From Octopus sinensis (lineage: Eukaryota), in assembly GCF_006345805.1 (NCBI RefSeq), contig NW_021832870.1, forward strand, positions 1-64,000: 64,000 bases of DNA. The letters are read 5' to 3'. Each line of letters begins with the position of its first letter. Within the stretch, counting starts at the first letter, position 1. The position numbers and the translations under genes are program-made. Shown piece by piece: positions 13,701 to 28,389 of this stretch. The notes beneath the pieces were generated by a model. It was not told the DNA's origin. It saw nothing but the letters and a program-made list of their open reading frames with translations, and ran no database searches.

Positions 13701-14605
13701 TACTCAGATGGTACCTATTTTAGTGATTCCGAAAAGATGAAAGGCAAAGTCTTAGAATGAAGAAACAAGTGAAATGTCGCTAGGCATTTTGTCTAACGGT
13801 TCCGCTAGTTCGCCGCCTTCATAATAATAGTGATAATAATTATTATTTCTATAATAGGCAAAAGGCCTGAAATTTGGGGGGAGGGGAGTAATCGAGTATA
13901 TCGACCCCAGTGTTTCACTGGTACTTAATTTATCGACCCCGAAAGGATGAAAGGCAAAGTCGACCTTGGTGGAGTTTGAACTCAGAACGTAGTGACGGGC
14001 AAAATACCTATTTCTTTACTACCCACAAGGGGCTAAAGACAGAGAGGATAAACAAGGACAGACAAACGGGTTAAGTCGATTGTATCGACCCCAGTGCTTA
14101 ACTGGTACTTAATTTATTGACCCCGAAAGAATGAAAGGCAAAGTCGACCTCGGCGGAATTTGAACTCCGAACGTAACGGCAGACGAAATACCGGTAAGCA
14201 TTTCGCTCGGCGTGCTAACGATTCTGCTAGCTCGCCGCCTTAATAATATTTACAATATAGTTACACATTTTAACACAAGGCCAGCAATTCTAGGAGAAGG
14301 AGTTAGTCGGTTACTGGCTCTTACTTTGTTGACTGGGAAAGAAAGGCAAAGTCGACGCCAGCGGAATTTGAACGATGATGATGATGATGATGATGATATA
14401 TATATATATATACTTACAATTGACTAGCCCTCAGCCCTAAAATTGCAGGCCTTGTGCCAAAATTTGAAACAATAATATATGTGCATTTTTCAACAGCAAG
14501 CATAGGATTTCCACGAAGTAGTATATTCAGTTCAACACACACACACACACACACGCACACACGCACACACACGCATATACATATACATTTTCATGTGTGT
14601 ATGTA

Positions 14606-14654
<49 letters not shown>

Positions 14655-14805
14655 AAGTTAATCCAAACAAGAAACACAAAGACAACAGCGCAAGGATGTG
14701 GAACAAATAAAGTATTATTGGACGGTCAGGAAAGAAGGGAAGAAGGAGGGTTTGACGTTTCGAGCGGAGCTCTTCGTCGGAAACATAGGAGAAAGAAAGA
14801 TTCCG
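14655..14805 (-). mobile_element. Penelope-type terminal repeat remnant with a minimal hammerhead motif
   Basis: The minus strand reads GTTT-CCGACGA-AGAGC-TCC-GCTC-GAAA-CG-TC-AAAC; flanked by (TA)n. Confidence 0.55.
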
Positions 14806-14831
14806 AGACGGATAGTATTCACGAGGTCACA

Positions 14832-14869
<38 letters not shown>

Positions 14870-17523
14870 TGAAATCGGAACAGACACTGCACTACATGTA
14901 AAGCATTCAAACTGACATTCTCCGGTCTCGAAAAGAGATCCTCTACTCCATCACGTTTGAAACAGATTTAGAAAGGTGACGCTTAATGATAACTATTTCA
15001 ACCTACCGAATATACCACCAACCAGACAGTTAACCCACCAGCCAGTCAGCCAACCAGTCAACCAGTCACACAGACAGACAACCAGACAAACAGGCAGTTA
15101 CTCATTCATCTTGTCACTCAGTTATGTTGGCCAACCACCCAACCAAACAACATGGAAGTCGGTTAGATGTATGCAAAGATCAAAATAGATAAAAAGTTTT
15201 GGTGTGAAAAGCAAGGATGTGGAGTTGTGTTATGTGTTAGACCCTCGTAAAAGATTTGGATGTAGAAAGAGCTAAGCACAACTAGAATACGATAACACAA
15301 TCGCAAGAGTGAAGATATGCATACACTACACACATACAAACACACACACACACACATACACATACACACACTAGCACACATGCATGCACACACAGAAGCA
15401 CACACATAGTATATTTTATTATATGTGCGTATATATATATGTGAGTGAGCATGGATCAACTGTCAAAAATCGCGTGTGTGTATGTGTCTGTCTGTATCTG
15501 TGTGTTTGTGTGTATGTGTGTGTGTTGTATGTATATGTGTGTATATATCTATGTATAATGAAATTATCAAGATAATTTACGCGAGTTAAAATAAATTGAA
15601 AATAAAAAAGAAAATTATTGCACTGATAAGAATACGATAAAGTTCCATGATAAAAATTTGAGGTTCATAAATGCATAAAAAAAATTCTTTCGTCTTTCAT
15701 ACCGGTTTCACGTTTTTAAAGATAAACTTGACTATGTTGTAGTCTCCTGACCAAATGTTGTCGCCAACATCAAAAGATATAATAAATGAATGCCGATAAT
15801 AGAAACAAGGGCAAGAATAAGTGAATGGCGTTTATACTAACAAGGGGGAGGGGTAATAAATGAAATTGTTAATATCATGTTCTCGTGCAAGACACTCAAT
15901 TTCTTGTTGCATGAGAACAATAAGCTGCTAACGGCATCAGATGATTAATTCTGCAATGGAATGATCTCCCAATTACAGGGATTCAAGATTTTTCGACATG
16001 AATGCCTAGGAAATTCCGCTGAAGCTACTTTGGTTCTCATTGTCGTTCCAGATTTTTGTGGAAAACCATATTAACATCAAAGATAACATTTATTTTGGAG
16101 AATAAATTTCGAGCTTTCGAGCATTCATTTTTCTTCAATATATTCTGAAACTTTTCCCGTATAATTTTATCGTTTCTTTTCTATAATCCTAAACGATCAT
16201 TATATATAAATTCCTTACAACAACAGATAGAAGACTTGCTTTTCATTCGTCATTTTCAGAAGATAATTTAATATATCTTGGTCGAATCTATATTAGTGAA
16301 ACCTTTGCAAGTTCCACTTCAGGGTTTTGTGAAGTATTAGTAAGCTAAAGAAAGTACAAGATTTGCATTTAAAATCAGTTATAATCGTATTTTTACCGTT
16401 TAATTCTTTTAAGTACAAGGGTAACAAGATTGTAAGCTTCTTCATTGCATTCTACTGGTTGTAGTTTTTTTTCCTTTAAGGTGTTATATATTGTCCTACA
16501 GCTTAAACAAAACAATAATTTTGCACTACTCACTATAGGCGTAGACGTGGCTGTGGAGTAACTAGCTTGCTACCCAACCACATATTTCTGGTTTCAGTCC
16601 TATTACGTGGCACCTGGGACAAGTGTCTTCTACTACAATCTCGGGTCAACCAAAGCTTTGTGAGTGGATTTGGTAGACGGACACTGAAAGAAACGTGTCG
16701 TATATATGCGCGGGTTTGTACCCCACCACTGCTTGACAACCGATGTTAGTTTGTTTACGTCCCGTAACTTAGCTGTTCGACAAGAGGCCGACAGAATTGT
16801 ACAAATCTTTACAAAATGTCTTAGGGGTCAATTCTTTCGACTAAATCCATCAGTGTGGTGCCGCAGCATGGCCGCATTATAAGTAAATGATTAAAAAGAA
16901 ACTTTAAAAGGTATCCATTGAAATAACTACAATCCAATTTCTGGTTTAATTAATTAATTATCAATTCAATTGCTTTGCTTTCCACAATTACTGATGTTTG
17001 ACTTAATCAACAAGCAGTTTATTCGTACCTTTTGGAGATGAATAACTGCTTATATTTCTTAACAGCCGTTTCATCATCATTGTTCTAACGAAATTGATCT
17101 TCACCGAGTCGCAGTTTTCAACAAAATTCTGAGACATCGTCCTTCATTATATTAATTCAATCTTCGAGCTGTTGAGGCCAAGTTTACTCGGATTGCTATT
17201 ATATAGATTGCTTTTTTTAAAATTATCTTTTCTTTTGTTTGTTTCAGTCATTGGACTGCGGCCATACTAGAGCACCACCTTGAAGTGATTAATTGAGCAA
17301 ATCGAACCTAGGAATTAGTTTGAAGTGTGGTTCTTATTCTATTGGATCACTTTTGCCGAAACACTAATTCACGGGGATCTGAACGAAACAACACTGGTTG
17401 TCAAGAGATGCTGGTTGGGAGACACAAACATGATATAAAGACACACACACACAGATGGATGCATACATACATACATACATACATGTATATATATGTATAT
17501 ACATATATAAATATATACATATG

Positions 17524-17586
<63 letters not shown>

Positions 17587-17631
17587 CATATACATATGTA
17601 TATATACATATATATATACATATGTATATGT

Positions 17632-17691
<60 letters not shown>

Positions 17692-18440
17692 TAATATATA
17701 TATATATATATACATGTGTGTATATATATGTATAATACACACATACATATATGCACACATGTACATACATACATAACATACATACATAATACATACATAC
17801 ATACATACACGACTGGTTTCCACACGGTTTCTGCTTACCAAATTCACTGACAAGGCATTGGTCAGCTCCGGGTTATAGTAGAAGACACTTGTCCAAGATA
17901 TCACGCGGTGAGGTTGAGCCAGAAAGTATACGGTTACAAAGCAACCTTCTTAATCACGCAGCCATAATGTCTTCTATGACAAATTTCTTTTATTCCCTTT
18001 TCGTGGCATCGATTTCTCTGTTCTTCTGGACGCGTTTAATACACGGTTATCATGAAAGCTTTGGTCTGAATTGTGATTACTTCAAACTCCATTAGTGTAA
18101 TCTGCACTCGATTTTATAATTTAATTAATGCACTTTCAGATTCTCTATTCCTTGGACGAGATTCAAAGTTATTGCGTTGATTATTTCTTACTTAAGGCGA
18201 AAAGTTGTGGTTTCTATCTTTGACATTATTTTTTTCTTATAACTATTTCTAATACAAGTTTATATTTAGTACAACTGACGTAAGTAAATTAAAACCACTC
18301 TTTTCTACTTCAAAAACAACCAACAAACACGAAAGGATATTGGAAAAAAAAACATTATTTGGCTGATACTGATTAAGGTTAAACTTATAATTTGGAGAAA
18401 CGGCTTTACTGATATGTCTGCTGAAAGCCGAGTCATAAAG

Positions 18441-18514
<74 letters not shown>

Positions 18515-19978
18515 AGCCATATCGCAGTGAATATTAAAATTATTTTTTTTTGTAGCTGAAATCATCAATAAAAAAATAGATATCAAAACCACATTTTGAT
18601 AGAAATATTAAAATTAGAACATTTAAGAATTTTATTGACAGTATTGTCTATTATAGTTGCTTTTTTATTGGTAAAAGTTACTTGCATACCAACAACATGA
18701 TTCCGAGTTCACTTTGGGTGTGTGTCTTCTACTAAAGCCTCAGGCTGACCAAAGCCCTGTGAGTACATTTGGTAGACGGAAACCGAAAGAAGCCCGTCGT
18801 ATTCATGTATATGTATATATGTATATGTGTGTTTGTGTGTCTGTGTTTGTCCCTCCAGCATCACTTGACAACCAATGGTGGTGTATTTACGTCTCCGTAA
18901 CTTAGCGGTTCGGCAAAAGAGACCGATGGAATATGTACTAGACTTACAAAAAATAAGTCCTGGGGTCGATTTGCTCCAGCATGGCCGCAGTCAAATGACT
19001 GAAACAAGTAAAAGAGTAAAAAGAGAGAGAGTACGCTCAAATCATTAGTAACCAGCTTTCTATATTATAGTATAGGTATGAATTGTTCTTCCTGATCTGA
19101 CAATGAATGAATTCAAAAGTTTGTTTTCTTTCGTTGTATTCTTCTGGATAATTATAATGCGATCTTTTTAAGAATTATATAAACATTTCTGAAGAGGGTT
19201 TACACTTATGTTCTTCAGAAATAATATGACGAAATTCCATTTTGAATTCGACCTCATACTTGTGAAACTATTCATCGCGATGACAAGAGTTCGATTCTTC
19301 ATTGGCTTAATTCGCGCAGTGTTTGCCTCCATGTTTCTTTTTGCTAAATTCAATATGAATGAAAAACGAATGACCTTTGAATGAGATGCCATGCAGCATT
19401 TTCGACCCTGAGCGATCCAAAATCAAACCCATGTTACTATCATTAGCACACCGCCCCCACCCCAGCCACTTTATTCTTTTACTTATTTCAATCATTTGAC
19501 TACGGCCATGCGGGAGCACCGCCTTTAGTCGATCAAATCGACTCCAGGACTTATTCTTTGTAACTCTAGTACTTATTCTATCGATCACTTTTGCCGAAAC
19601 GCTAAATTACGGGGACGTAAACACACCACCATCGGTTGTCAAGCGATTTTGGCAAGACAAACACAGGCACAAACATATATATACATATATACATACACGA
19701 CGGGCTTTTCAGTTTTCGTCTACCAAATCTACTCACAAAGCTTTGGTCGGCCTGAGGCTATAGCAGAAGGCACCATGTGATTGGTAATCCAAAATAATAA
19801 AAAATGTAATGGAATTGAAAAAATCCTTAAATACACGTCAAAATATTTCAACTGAATACTCTTATTACCAGTATACAAATGATAGGATAGGATGAAGGAA
19901 CAGAGAGAGAGAGAGAGAGAGGGGGGGAGAGTGAAATGTAGAGATTAGATAGGTAGACAGACAGACAGACAGACAGAC

Positions 19979-20034
<56 letters not shown>

Positions 20035-20096
20035 GTGCGTGTATGTATATGTAAACACATATGCATACACACACTCTCGTATTATATATGTATTAT

Positions 20097-20142
<46 letters not shown>

Positions 20143-20729
20143 TGCATACATATATATATATACATACATTCATACACATACATATATACATATATATATA
20201 CATTCATATGTATAATCGTGTATACATACACGTACATACACATATGTATGTATAATTGTGTGTATATGTGTGTATGAGTATGTGTGCATTATACCTTATA
20301 CACACAAAAGCATATCATAAAGAAATTTTCGTGATTCTCATGAACAAAAAGAACAAAACTTGACAAAAAATTTTAAATAACAAAGAAAAAAATACAAATG
20401 TATTCAACTCATAAGTTAACTTGATATAATGCAGATAACTCAGACACTCTTCAGAGAATTTCGGCAAGTCTATGGAGGGTTTTGTTGAAATCAGGAAACA
20501 AGATAATATTTTGGTGGATGCTCTCAAACCATGAGAGCTTTCATGGTTGGAAAGCACGCATATCTTTCAAACAATGAGTTTGAAAGTGTCTAGTGTCTGA
20601 TGTAGAAAACCTCGACTCCGTTAGAAGCTGCAATGATGGGAGATAAATCTCATCTCATCTAGGTCGTTCCATAGGACGCCCCAAGACTGTTTCCACACGT
20701 TTTCCCTATTCCCTTCGATCTTTCATAAT

Positions 20730-21195
20730 GGTGCTCAGCTTCTGTACCCCTTCCATACCATTATCCCCCAGCAAGTTGTCGATATAGGTCGTCTTCCTCC
20801 TTCCTCTCTTGGTTCTTCCGTTGGTTGCCAGAGCACTAGCTTGTTACCAATTTCATCGGTATGTCTGATGCAGTGTCCAGCCAGCCTCATCCTTCTATGC
20901 TATATTTTCAATGTTACTTTTGGTGATGCCTAGTATAAGTGTCGGCCGGAGACATTGAATGCCATTCTAAGCATCCTCGTATAGCAACCCTCCAACTGCT
21001 TCTTCAATGCTTTAGTGAGCGTCCATGTTTCAGCCCCATATAGAAGAACAAACTCCACTGTTGCCTCACTTTCAATTTCCTTGCTAACTTTGAACTCCAT
21101 ACCTTTCTCAGTTTATGGTATGTGCTCCAGACAAGAGCTTTCCTTGCTACGATGTTTTTTTCGGTACTTTGTGTCCGGGCACCAAGGGATTTAAA
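20730..21195 (-). mobile_element. RTE-clade LINE 3' fragment
   Basis: Broken frames read ARKALVWSTYHKLRKVWSSKL, YGAETWTLTKALKKQLEGCYTRMLRMAFNVS and RMRLAGHCIRH..LVLWQP. Confidence 0.8.
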
Positions 21196-21616
21196 GGAAA
21201 GCAGATGATAGGCGTTGTTGTGTGGTAAGAAGCACGCTGGTAGAAACGTTAGCACGCCGAGCGAAATGCTTAGCGGTATTTCGTCTGCCGCTACGTTCTG
21301 AGTTCAAATTCCGCCGAGGTCGACTTTGCCATTCATCCTTCTGGGGTCAATAAATTAAGTACCAGTTACGCACTGGGGTCGATGTAATCGACTTAATCCC
21401 TTTGTCTGGCCTTGTTTGTCCCCTCTGTGTTTAGTCCCTTGTGGCCAATAAAAAAATAAATAAAATAAGAAGCTCGCTTCCCAACCGCATGATTCCGGTT
21501 CAGCCCCACTGTGTATAGCACCTTGGACAAATGTCTTCTACCATGGCCTCGGGCTTTCCAAAGCCTTGTGAGTGGATTTTTTAGACGGAAATTGCAAGAA
21601 GCTCGTCCAGCGTTCC

Positions 21617-21653
<37 letters not shown>

Positions 21654-21930
21654 ACGTGTCTTTCAGTTTGTACTCCACAACCACTTGACGACCGGTGCTG
21701 GTGTGTATACGACCCCCGTAACTTAACGGTTCGGCAAAAGGGTTTGATAGAATAAGTACCAAGCTTTAAAAAAATAGTGCTGGGGCCGATTCTTTCGACT
21801 AAAATTCTTCAAGACGGTGCCCCAGCAGTGCTGCTTTCTGATAACAGAAACAAATAAAAAAAAAATATAAAATAAAAGATGAAAATTGTTGCTGTCGTTT
21901 TTGTTGTTGTTGTTGTTGTTGTTGTTGTAG

Positions 21931-21965
<35 letters not shown>

Positions 21966-22029
21966 ATTTTTGGTTAGTTCGAAGCCCACTGGAAGTAAAG
22001 TCGGACGGAATACCTTAACACGTAAGTAC

Positions 22030-22610
22030 CGGTTTCAAATTACGACACTAGGACAGCAATTTCCGGAGAGGGAAAACTTAATTTATTGACCCCGAAAGGT
22101 TGAAAGGCGAAGTTGACTTCAGCAGAATTTGAACTCTGAATGTAGAAACGGACGAAATACCTATTCCTATTTCTTCACTACCCACAAGGAGCTAAATACA
22201 GAGGGGAAAAACAAGGACAGACAAACGGATTAAGTCGATTACATCGACCCTAGTACGTAACTGGTACTTAATTTATCGACTCCGAAAGGATGAAAGGCAA
22301 ATTCGACCTCGGCAGAATTTGAACTCAGAACGTAGCGGCAGACGAAATAACTATTTCTTTACTACCCACAAGGGGCTAAACACAGAGGACAGACAAACGG
22401 ATTAAGTCGATTACATCGACCCTAGTACGTAACTGGTACTTAATTTATCGACCCCGAAAGGATGAAATGCAAATTCGACCTCGGCGGAATTTAAACTCAT
22501 AACGTAACGGCAGACGAAATACCGCTAAGTATTTTACCCGACGTGCTAACGTTTCTGCCAGCTCGCCGCCTTAAACGGACGAAATGCCGTTGAGCATTTC
22601 GTCCGGCCTG
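22030..22610 (-). mobile_element. SINE family B dimer nested in an older family B copy
   Basis: Duplicated AAACGGACGAAAT on both sides of the inner dimer (about 22146 and 22573). Confidence 0.8.
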
Positions 22611-23176
22611 AACACGTAAACTGATTGTAATATTAGCTTTATTTGCCAATATCTGATCTGGAAGATTTTACGTATTGAAGAAATCAAACTGAAGTAGCTA
22701 ATTATTTATACATTCTGAAGCTAATTTCGTCTTCCTTTGAACTCAGTACACGACTCTTATATTTGGTATTTCATACTCAGGTTGATAGACACAAAAGTGA
22801 ATGCGCGTATGATGTGCGCACGATGAGTCTATGATGTTCATCCGTATTTCTTGGGTTGCGAGGGAGGTGCAACAATATTTGAGGAAAGAAATTAATTAAG
22901 ATCTAGTGTGATGTCTATACTGAATTTTCTAATTACTTTTGCATTAATATTAATTAGTTTCCTCTTTGAAGCTGCTATTCTTTCAGAAGTCAGGTTCAGA
23001 TATTGCCGCTCTTACAGCGTTCGTTCGAGAACCTTCTCTCTTAAATCTGCGCTCATTTTATTTTACAAACATTATAAAAGCAAGGTAGATATCAAAGATG
23101 GCCGGAAATTCCACCTTTCTCAGTGATTCTGTATAAGAAATAGCATTGAATAATTCTTTCTGTAATCACTAACCTG

Positions 23177-23412
23177 TTTGTGTGTGTGTGTGTGTGTGTG
23201 TTACTCTGTGTGTGTATGTGTATTACTCTGTGTGTGTGTATATGTGTGTTACTCTGTGTGTGTGTATATGTGTTACTCTGTGTGTGTATTACTGTGTGTG
23301 TGTATTACTCTGTGCGTGTGTGTGTTACTCAGTGTGTTTGTGTGTGTTACTGCATGTGCGTGTTACTGTGTGTGTATGTTTGTTACTGTGTGTGTGTGCT
23401 ACTGTGTGTGTG
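23177..23412. repeat. Minisatellite of (TG)n runs punctuated by TTACT(C)
   Basis: About 12 variable-length units such as GTGTGTGTTACTCT. Confidence 0.9.
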
Positions 23413-23964
23413 TCTGGTACCAGCAGACCAAGATTTTAGATAGTTACTAAAGTATTGTAAGATCGAATCTTCTCATCGGTCAAAAGATACACCTGTCATT
23501 TGCCTCCTAATGTGTGTGTGTGCGCGCGCACGTATGCTATTGATTTCAGTGTTTAAACTTCAGCCGTGCTGGGGCATCGTGATGAAGAATTTCAATACAT
23601 TTTCCTTCTCATTAAAAGCCCGGTACTTATATCGGTGTCTTTTGCCGAACTTCTAGGTTACGGAGGCGTAAACACACCAATACGAGTTGTCAAGCAGTGC
23701 TGGAGCAAAAATACAGACACAAAGACAAACACATGCACACAGTCACGTACACACACACACACGCGCGCGCACGCACACACACAGTGATAGACAGACAGAC
23801 AGATCAATAGATACATAGTACATAGATAGACAGACACATAGACTGCGGTGTGTGACAAGTTTCAAGAAAGTATGTCCGGTTGTTTAGAATTAAAAAAAAA
23901 AACATAAAGATAAGTCTTACTGCGAATAGACATTTCCTAAGAGCCATAGACGAATCAAAATATA

Positions 23965-24199
23965 CAGGGTGTTCAAAAAGTCTCTCCGCAGTAAGTAATT
24001 AATGGTTTTCGGGCGATTCTTGTATACTGACCCTTTACTTGCTCCCCAGAGAAAAAAAAGTCTGGCGGTGTTAAATGAGGTGATCTTGGTGGCCAAATTC
24101 CCTTCGAAATAATCCGTTCGCCAAAAACCTCTTGAAGTAGTGACATAGTGATGCACAGGATGAATAAATTCACTGCGGAGAGACTTTTTGAACACCCTG
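23965..24199 (-). mobile_element. Internally deleted Tc1/mariner element (235 bp)
   Basis: Perfect 28-bp TIRs CAGGGTGTTCAAAAAGTCTCTCCGCAGT with TA on both sides. Internal transposase remnant FGERIISKGIWPPRSPHLTPPDFF. Confidence 0.92.
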
Positions 24200-25436
24200 T
24201 ATTTTATCGAACTAATAATTACACATTTTCTACCCCAGAACGGAGAATTGGCGGAATATAGTATCAATATTTTTACCTGTGATTTTCACTGTGACGGCAA
24301 TGTTTGCTTAATACTGAGGCGATGAGCTATCGGCGTCTTAAGAAAGTCTGTTTCCCATGGACAACAAAGGCGCATGGGAACATGCATAGTGAAACTGCTA
24401 GTCTTCCGTTAAATCCATATCTAGAACTGCATATACGGATACAGACACATGATCGAGTCTGACCGACGGAAGTCCTAGCTTGCTGTGGAAGCCAACGAAT
24501 GTTTTCCTCACATGACGAGCAGGTTTCTAGCCGCACCCTTCGTATATCTTGGACAAAATACTTTTGTGTAAACAGTATACTTAATCACTAATTAATGGAT
24601 AGATCTTCATTAAGACAGTCAACTATGTTATTCACACTGCTTCACAACACACTTGACTGGCTTGCCGGCAACAACATATTTCTCCACATTCTTTGATTAT
24701 TTCTTCTATTTGAAAAGGGGTATTTTCCCGAAATATTATAGGCTCATTAAACAAACTATGTAGATTAATACAATCCTTTTCTCTTTGCTTTCGTTTATTG
24801 ACATCACCTTACATCTGTTGCTTAACTTTTCACTTACGTTGATAATTATTTTTTCTGTTAACATTTATACTTGTTAATTAATTTTCTTTTTAGAATGTTT
24901 TTATTTTATTTGGTCGGGAAGGTGGAGCTATATCCAGAACTTCCGCAATCTCTTCGACGCTGGTGAAATCATTGAAATATAACGATACTATCAATCCACC
25001 ATCCTAAACTTCAGAGGAGGGGGTTACCCGGTACCATCAAACCTAATAATTCATTGTACTCACTTTATCAATTCCGGCCTGAGGAAAGGCCGTCTAAACG
25101 TTTTATGATTTAGACACTATGCCAGCAGTTTTGGGAGAAGAGGCTTAGTCGATATCATCGCTCCTGGTACTTCATTAGTACTTTATCTCAGCGACTTCGA
25201 AAGCATGAAAAGCAAAATTGACCTCAGTGGAATTTGAACTCAAAGCATAAAGAGCCGGAAGAAATAAAATAAGGCATTTTCCAAACCGCTGACAATTTTA
25301 TCAAACTCTCCTCTTCATAATTGTCTCCAAATTAGACAGAAGGTCAGCTATTTTCAGAAGAGAAGTCTACACCACTGGCTTCAGTGCTTGGTTGTTACTT
25401 GATTTTATCGACCCGAAAAATCAAAGGCAAAATGGA

Positions 25437-25635
25437 GGAATTTCAACCGTGTTTCGTGGTCTGCTACCACAACAGCTCCTTTATAGGATCCAGTTAGCTC
25501 AATACATCATCAGGAGGAACCACGTCCGGTTTCGGCCCCTACTCCTCTACCGTTTTGACGTGGTGAAGTCCCCCTTTTCGGAGGTGTCTTCAGATCTGGT
25601 GTTGGGTGCATGTCTTCTTTCTTCTTTCTTCTGTA
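25437..25635 (-). mobile_element. Second copy of the 13135-13333 repeat
   Basis: Reverse-complement match to 13135-13333; both translate as FRGLLPQQL.YRIQLAQ.IIRRN..RFRPLLLYRFDV. Confidence 0.7.
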
Positions 25636-25759
25636 ACGTCAGGTTATTTGAACTTAGTTAACCTTACGCTTTTGAAACTGTTTCAGGTGTATGCTAACAC
25701 ATAAAACTGGCCCTCTGATGGGGATTCCAGCTGATCCGATCAACGGAACAGTCTACTCT

Positions 25760-26128
25760 AACCCAGTGGTTAGGGCAGCGGACTCGCGGTCGTAGGATCG
25801 CGGTTTCGATTCCCAGACCGGGCGTTGTGAGTGTTTATTGAGCGAAAACACCTAAAGCTCCACGAGGCTCCGGCAGGGGATGGTGGTGATCCCTGCTGTA
25901 CTCTTTCACCACAACTTTCTCTCACTCTTACTTCCTGTTTCTGTTGTATCTGTATTTCAAAGGGCCGGCCTTGTCACTCTCTGTGTCGCTGAATATCCCC
26001 GAGAACTACGTTAAGGGTGCATGTGTCTGTGGAGTGCTCAGCCACTTACACGTTAATTTCACGAGCAGGCTGTTCCGTTGATCGGATCAACCGGAACCCT
26101 CGTCGTCGTAACCGATGGAGTGCTTCCA
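25760..26128 (+). mobile_element. tRNA-derived SINE (family D) nested in an oppositely oriented SINE
   Basis: CCCAGTGGTTAGGGCAGCGGAC...GGTTTCGATTCC head. The same head occurs inverted at about 59700-59822. Confidence 0.8.
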
Positions 26129-26513
26129 CTACTCGTGAAATTAGCGTGCAAGTGGCTGAAAACCCCACAGGCAGGCGTACCCTTCACGTAATTCTTAAAG
26201 AGATTCAGCATAACACACCATGTGACAATGCTGGCTCTTCGAAACACAGATACAACTTAATTTTACTGGCTGAGTGAACCGGAACAACGTAAAATAAAGT
26301 GTTCTGCTGAGGGATACAACGCGCCGCTAGGAATTCTGTGTCACGCTGAATCACCTTCAGAACTACGTATAGAATACAGTTCTCAGCCACTTGCACGTTA
26401 AATTCACGAGCAGGCTGTTCCGTTGAGCGGATCAACTGGAACCTTCGTCGTCGTAGCGGATTAAGCATACTACCACATTTGCAGTTTTACAACAATGTGG
26501 GAAATGTATTATA

Positions 26514-27340
26514 CAATAGAACCTCGTAGTACAAGTGCACCATTGTACGAATAATTTGCTATACGAGCCGAGAATCGTGCGAATTTTTGGCTTGAAGTAC
26601 GAGCGAAAATCCGCAGTACGAGCAAACAATTCGTCCCATCTTTAAGGTAATTCAGTTAATGAAACCAGTTTACATATTTCTATTGCATTCTCTTTGTTAT
26701 AATTGTCGTTTTACTTGTATCTTGAAAGATGGCAGAATCCCCAAGGACACTCTATAGAGAGCTTGCTAGGGGCACTAGGTCTGGGAGAAGACCGTTCTTA
26801 CGATACAAGGATGTTTGCAAAAGGGACATGAAGGCCTGCAACATCAATATTAGCAACTGGGAAGCCGTTGCCAGCAACCGTGGAGATTGGCGACGTACCG
26901 TAAAAGAGGGAACACAAAGGAGTGACATAGAGAGAGAGAGAGGAGAAACGGAAAGACAAGAAAAGACGTCAACAAGAAAGTATGACATTACAACCAGCCA
27001 GGCAAAGTCTTCGCTACATTTGCAGCACCTACCAGAGAGAGTGTTTGTCCAGGATAGGACTACACAGCCACAGCAGGAGATGTATTAGGACATGAAATGT
27101 TAAAGCCGGACTAGATTATTTTATGCGCATCTCCATTGTCTCCCGACACAAAAAGGATGCCAACAACATCTTTTGTATTTTAAAATCCATAAAAAATTAT
27201 TTTTGAGTGGTTTTGGGGGCCTGGAACGGATTAATTATATTTTAGTTAATTTGAATGGGAAAATTGATTTGTAAAGCGAGTAAATCGTAAGACGAACTAG
27301 GTCATAGAACGAATTATATTCGTATTGCGAGGTATCACTG
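26514..27340. mobile_element. Tigger/pogo-like non-autonomous DNA transposon
   Basis: Imperfect TIRs CAATAGAACCTCGTAGTAC / GTATTGCGAGGTATCACTG flanked by TA; split by the RTE insertion. Confidence 0.6.
26724..27168 (+). mobile_element. RTE/BovB-like LINE 3' fragment nested in a DNA transposon
   Basis: DGRIPKDTLYRELARGTR..RRPFLRYKDVCKRDMKACNI...WEAVASNRGDWR, followed by a decayed C-terminal finger ICSTYQRECLSRIGLHSHSRRC. Confidence 0.85.
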
Positions 27341-27932
27341 TATTTTGAAATATTTTACAGATCCATCGGAATATGTCTAGAGGTCGCTTCTATCGACGAT
27401 AAACTCTCCATATAAAAATATGCATTGAATTAAAAATCAATATTCAACAAACTCTCTGAGATAAAAGTCGGAATAAATTATAACTAAACAATGGTCTGTT
27501 ATCTCCTCATTATCGTTAAACAGATTAGATTCTTTTGATACATATATCGATAAAATTTGAACACTTGTTATTGATAGATATAAGCGTATCTTCATTGACA
27601 ATACAACTCTATTTATTCAGCAGAGATTTAAAATCGAGTCTGCTTACTCGTTACCAAGATTTGAAGTGGCTAACATTTACATTCAAATATTTACTGTCTG
27701 CAAACAACGAGGAACAATATCCGTTGATTAGATTTAATAAACTATCTTCGATCTAATGCTGAAGGTTTCAATGAAGCTCAACAAAACAAATATTTTTTCC
27801 CAGCTAAATTTACCTTGTTATGGGACACACGTTACAGGCATATATCGTGTCACACACAAATACACGGACACACATACACGCACATATGTACAAGAATCAC
27901 ATACGCAAACACACAGAGGACAGTGTATAAAA

Positions 27933-27981
<49 letters not shown>

Positions 27982-28054
27982 AATATTAGGGAATAAATCC
28001 AAACTTACAGGGAAAAATCAGATTTAGGATTGAATCCAATTTTATAGTAAAATA

Positions 28055-28350
28055 TTATATTATATTAAATTAGAGACAAAACCACTATTAGGCAAATCAT
28101 ACAATGAAAAACTTAAGCCAATACATAAGATTATTTAATTTATATTATTTAAATATATAACAAAATTATTAAAAAGATATAATTAATATAACACTACGAT
28201 CGTTTCATGGCTGTTAATTTCTTTAAATATAATCAATATTTTTAAGATATAAATAATATATATAATAATAATTTTACTTATAATAAACTCTTAAGTTTTT
28301 CATTGTATGATTTGCCTAATAGTGGTTTTGTCTCTAATTAATATAATATA
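28055..28350. repeat. Fold-back element between (TA)n tracts
   Basis: TTAGAGACAAAACCACTATTAGGCAAATCATACAATGAAAAACTTAAG (about 28070-28117) is the reverse complement of about 28290-28337. Confidence 0.85.
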
Positions 28351-28389
28351 ATATATATATATATATATATAATATATATATATATATAT

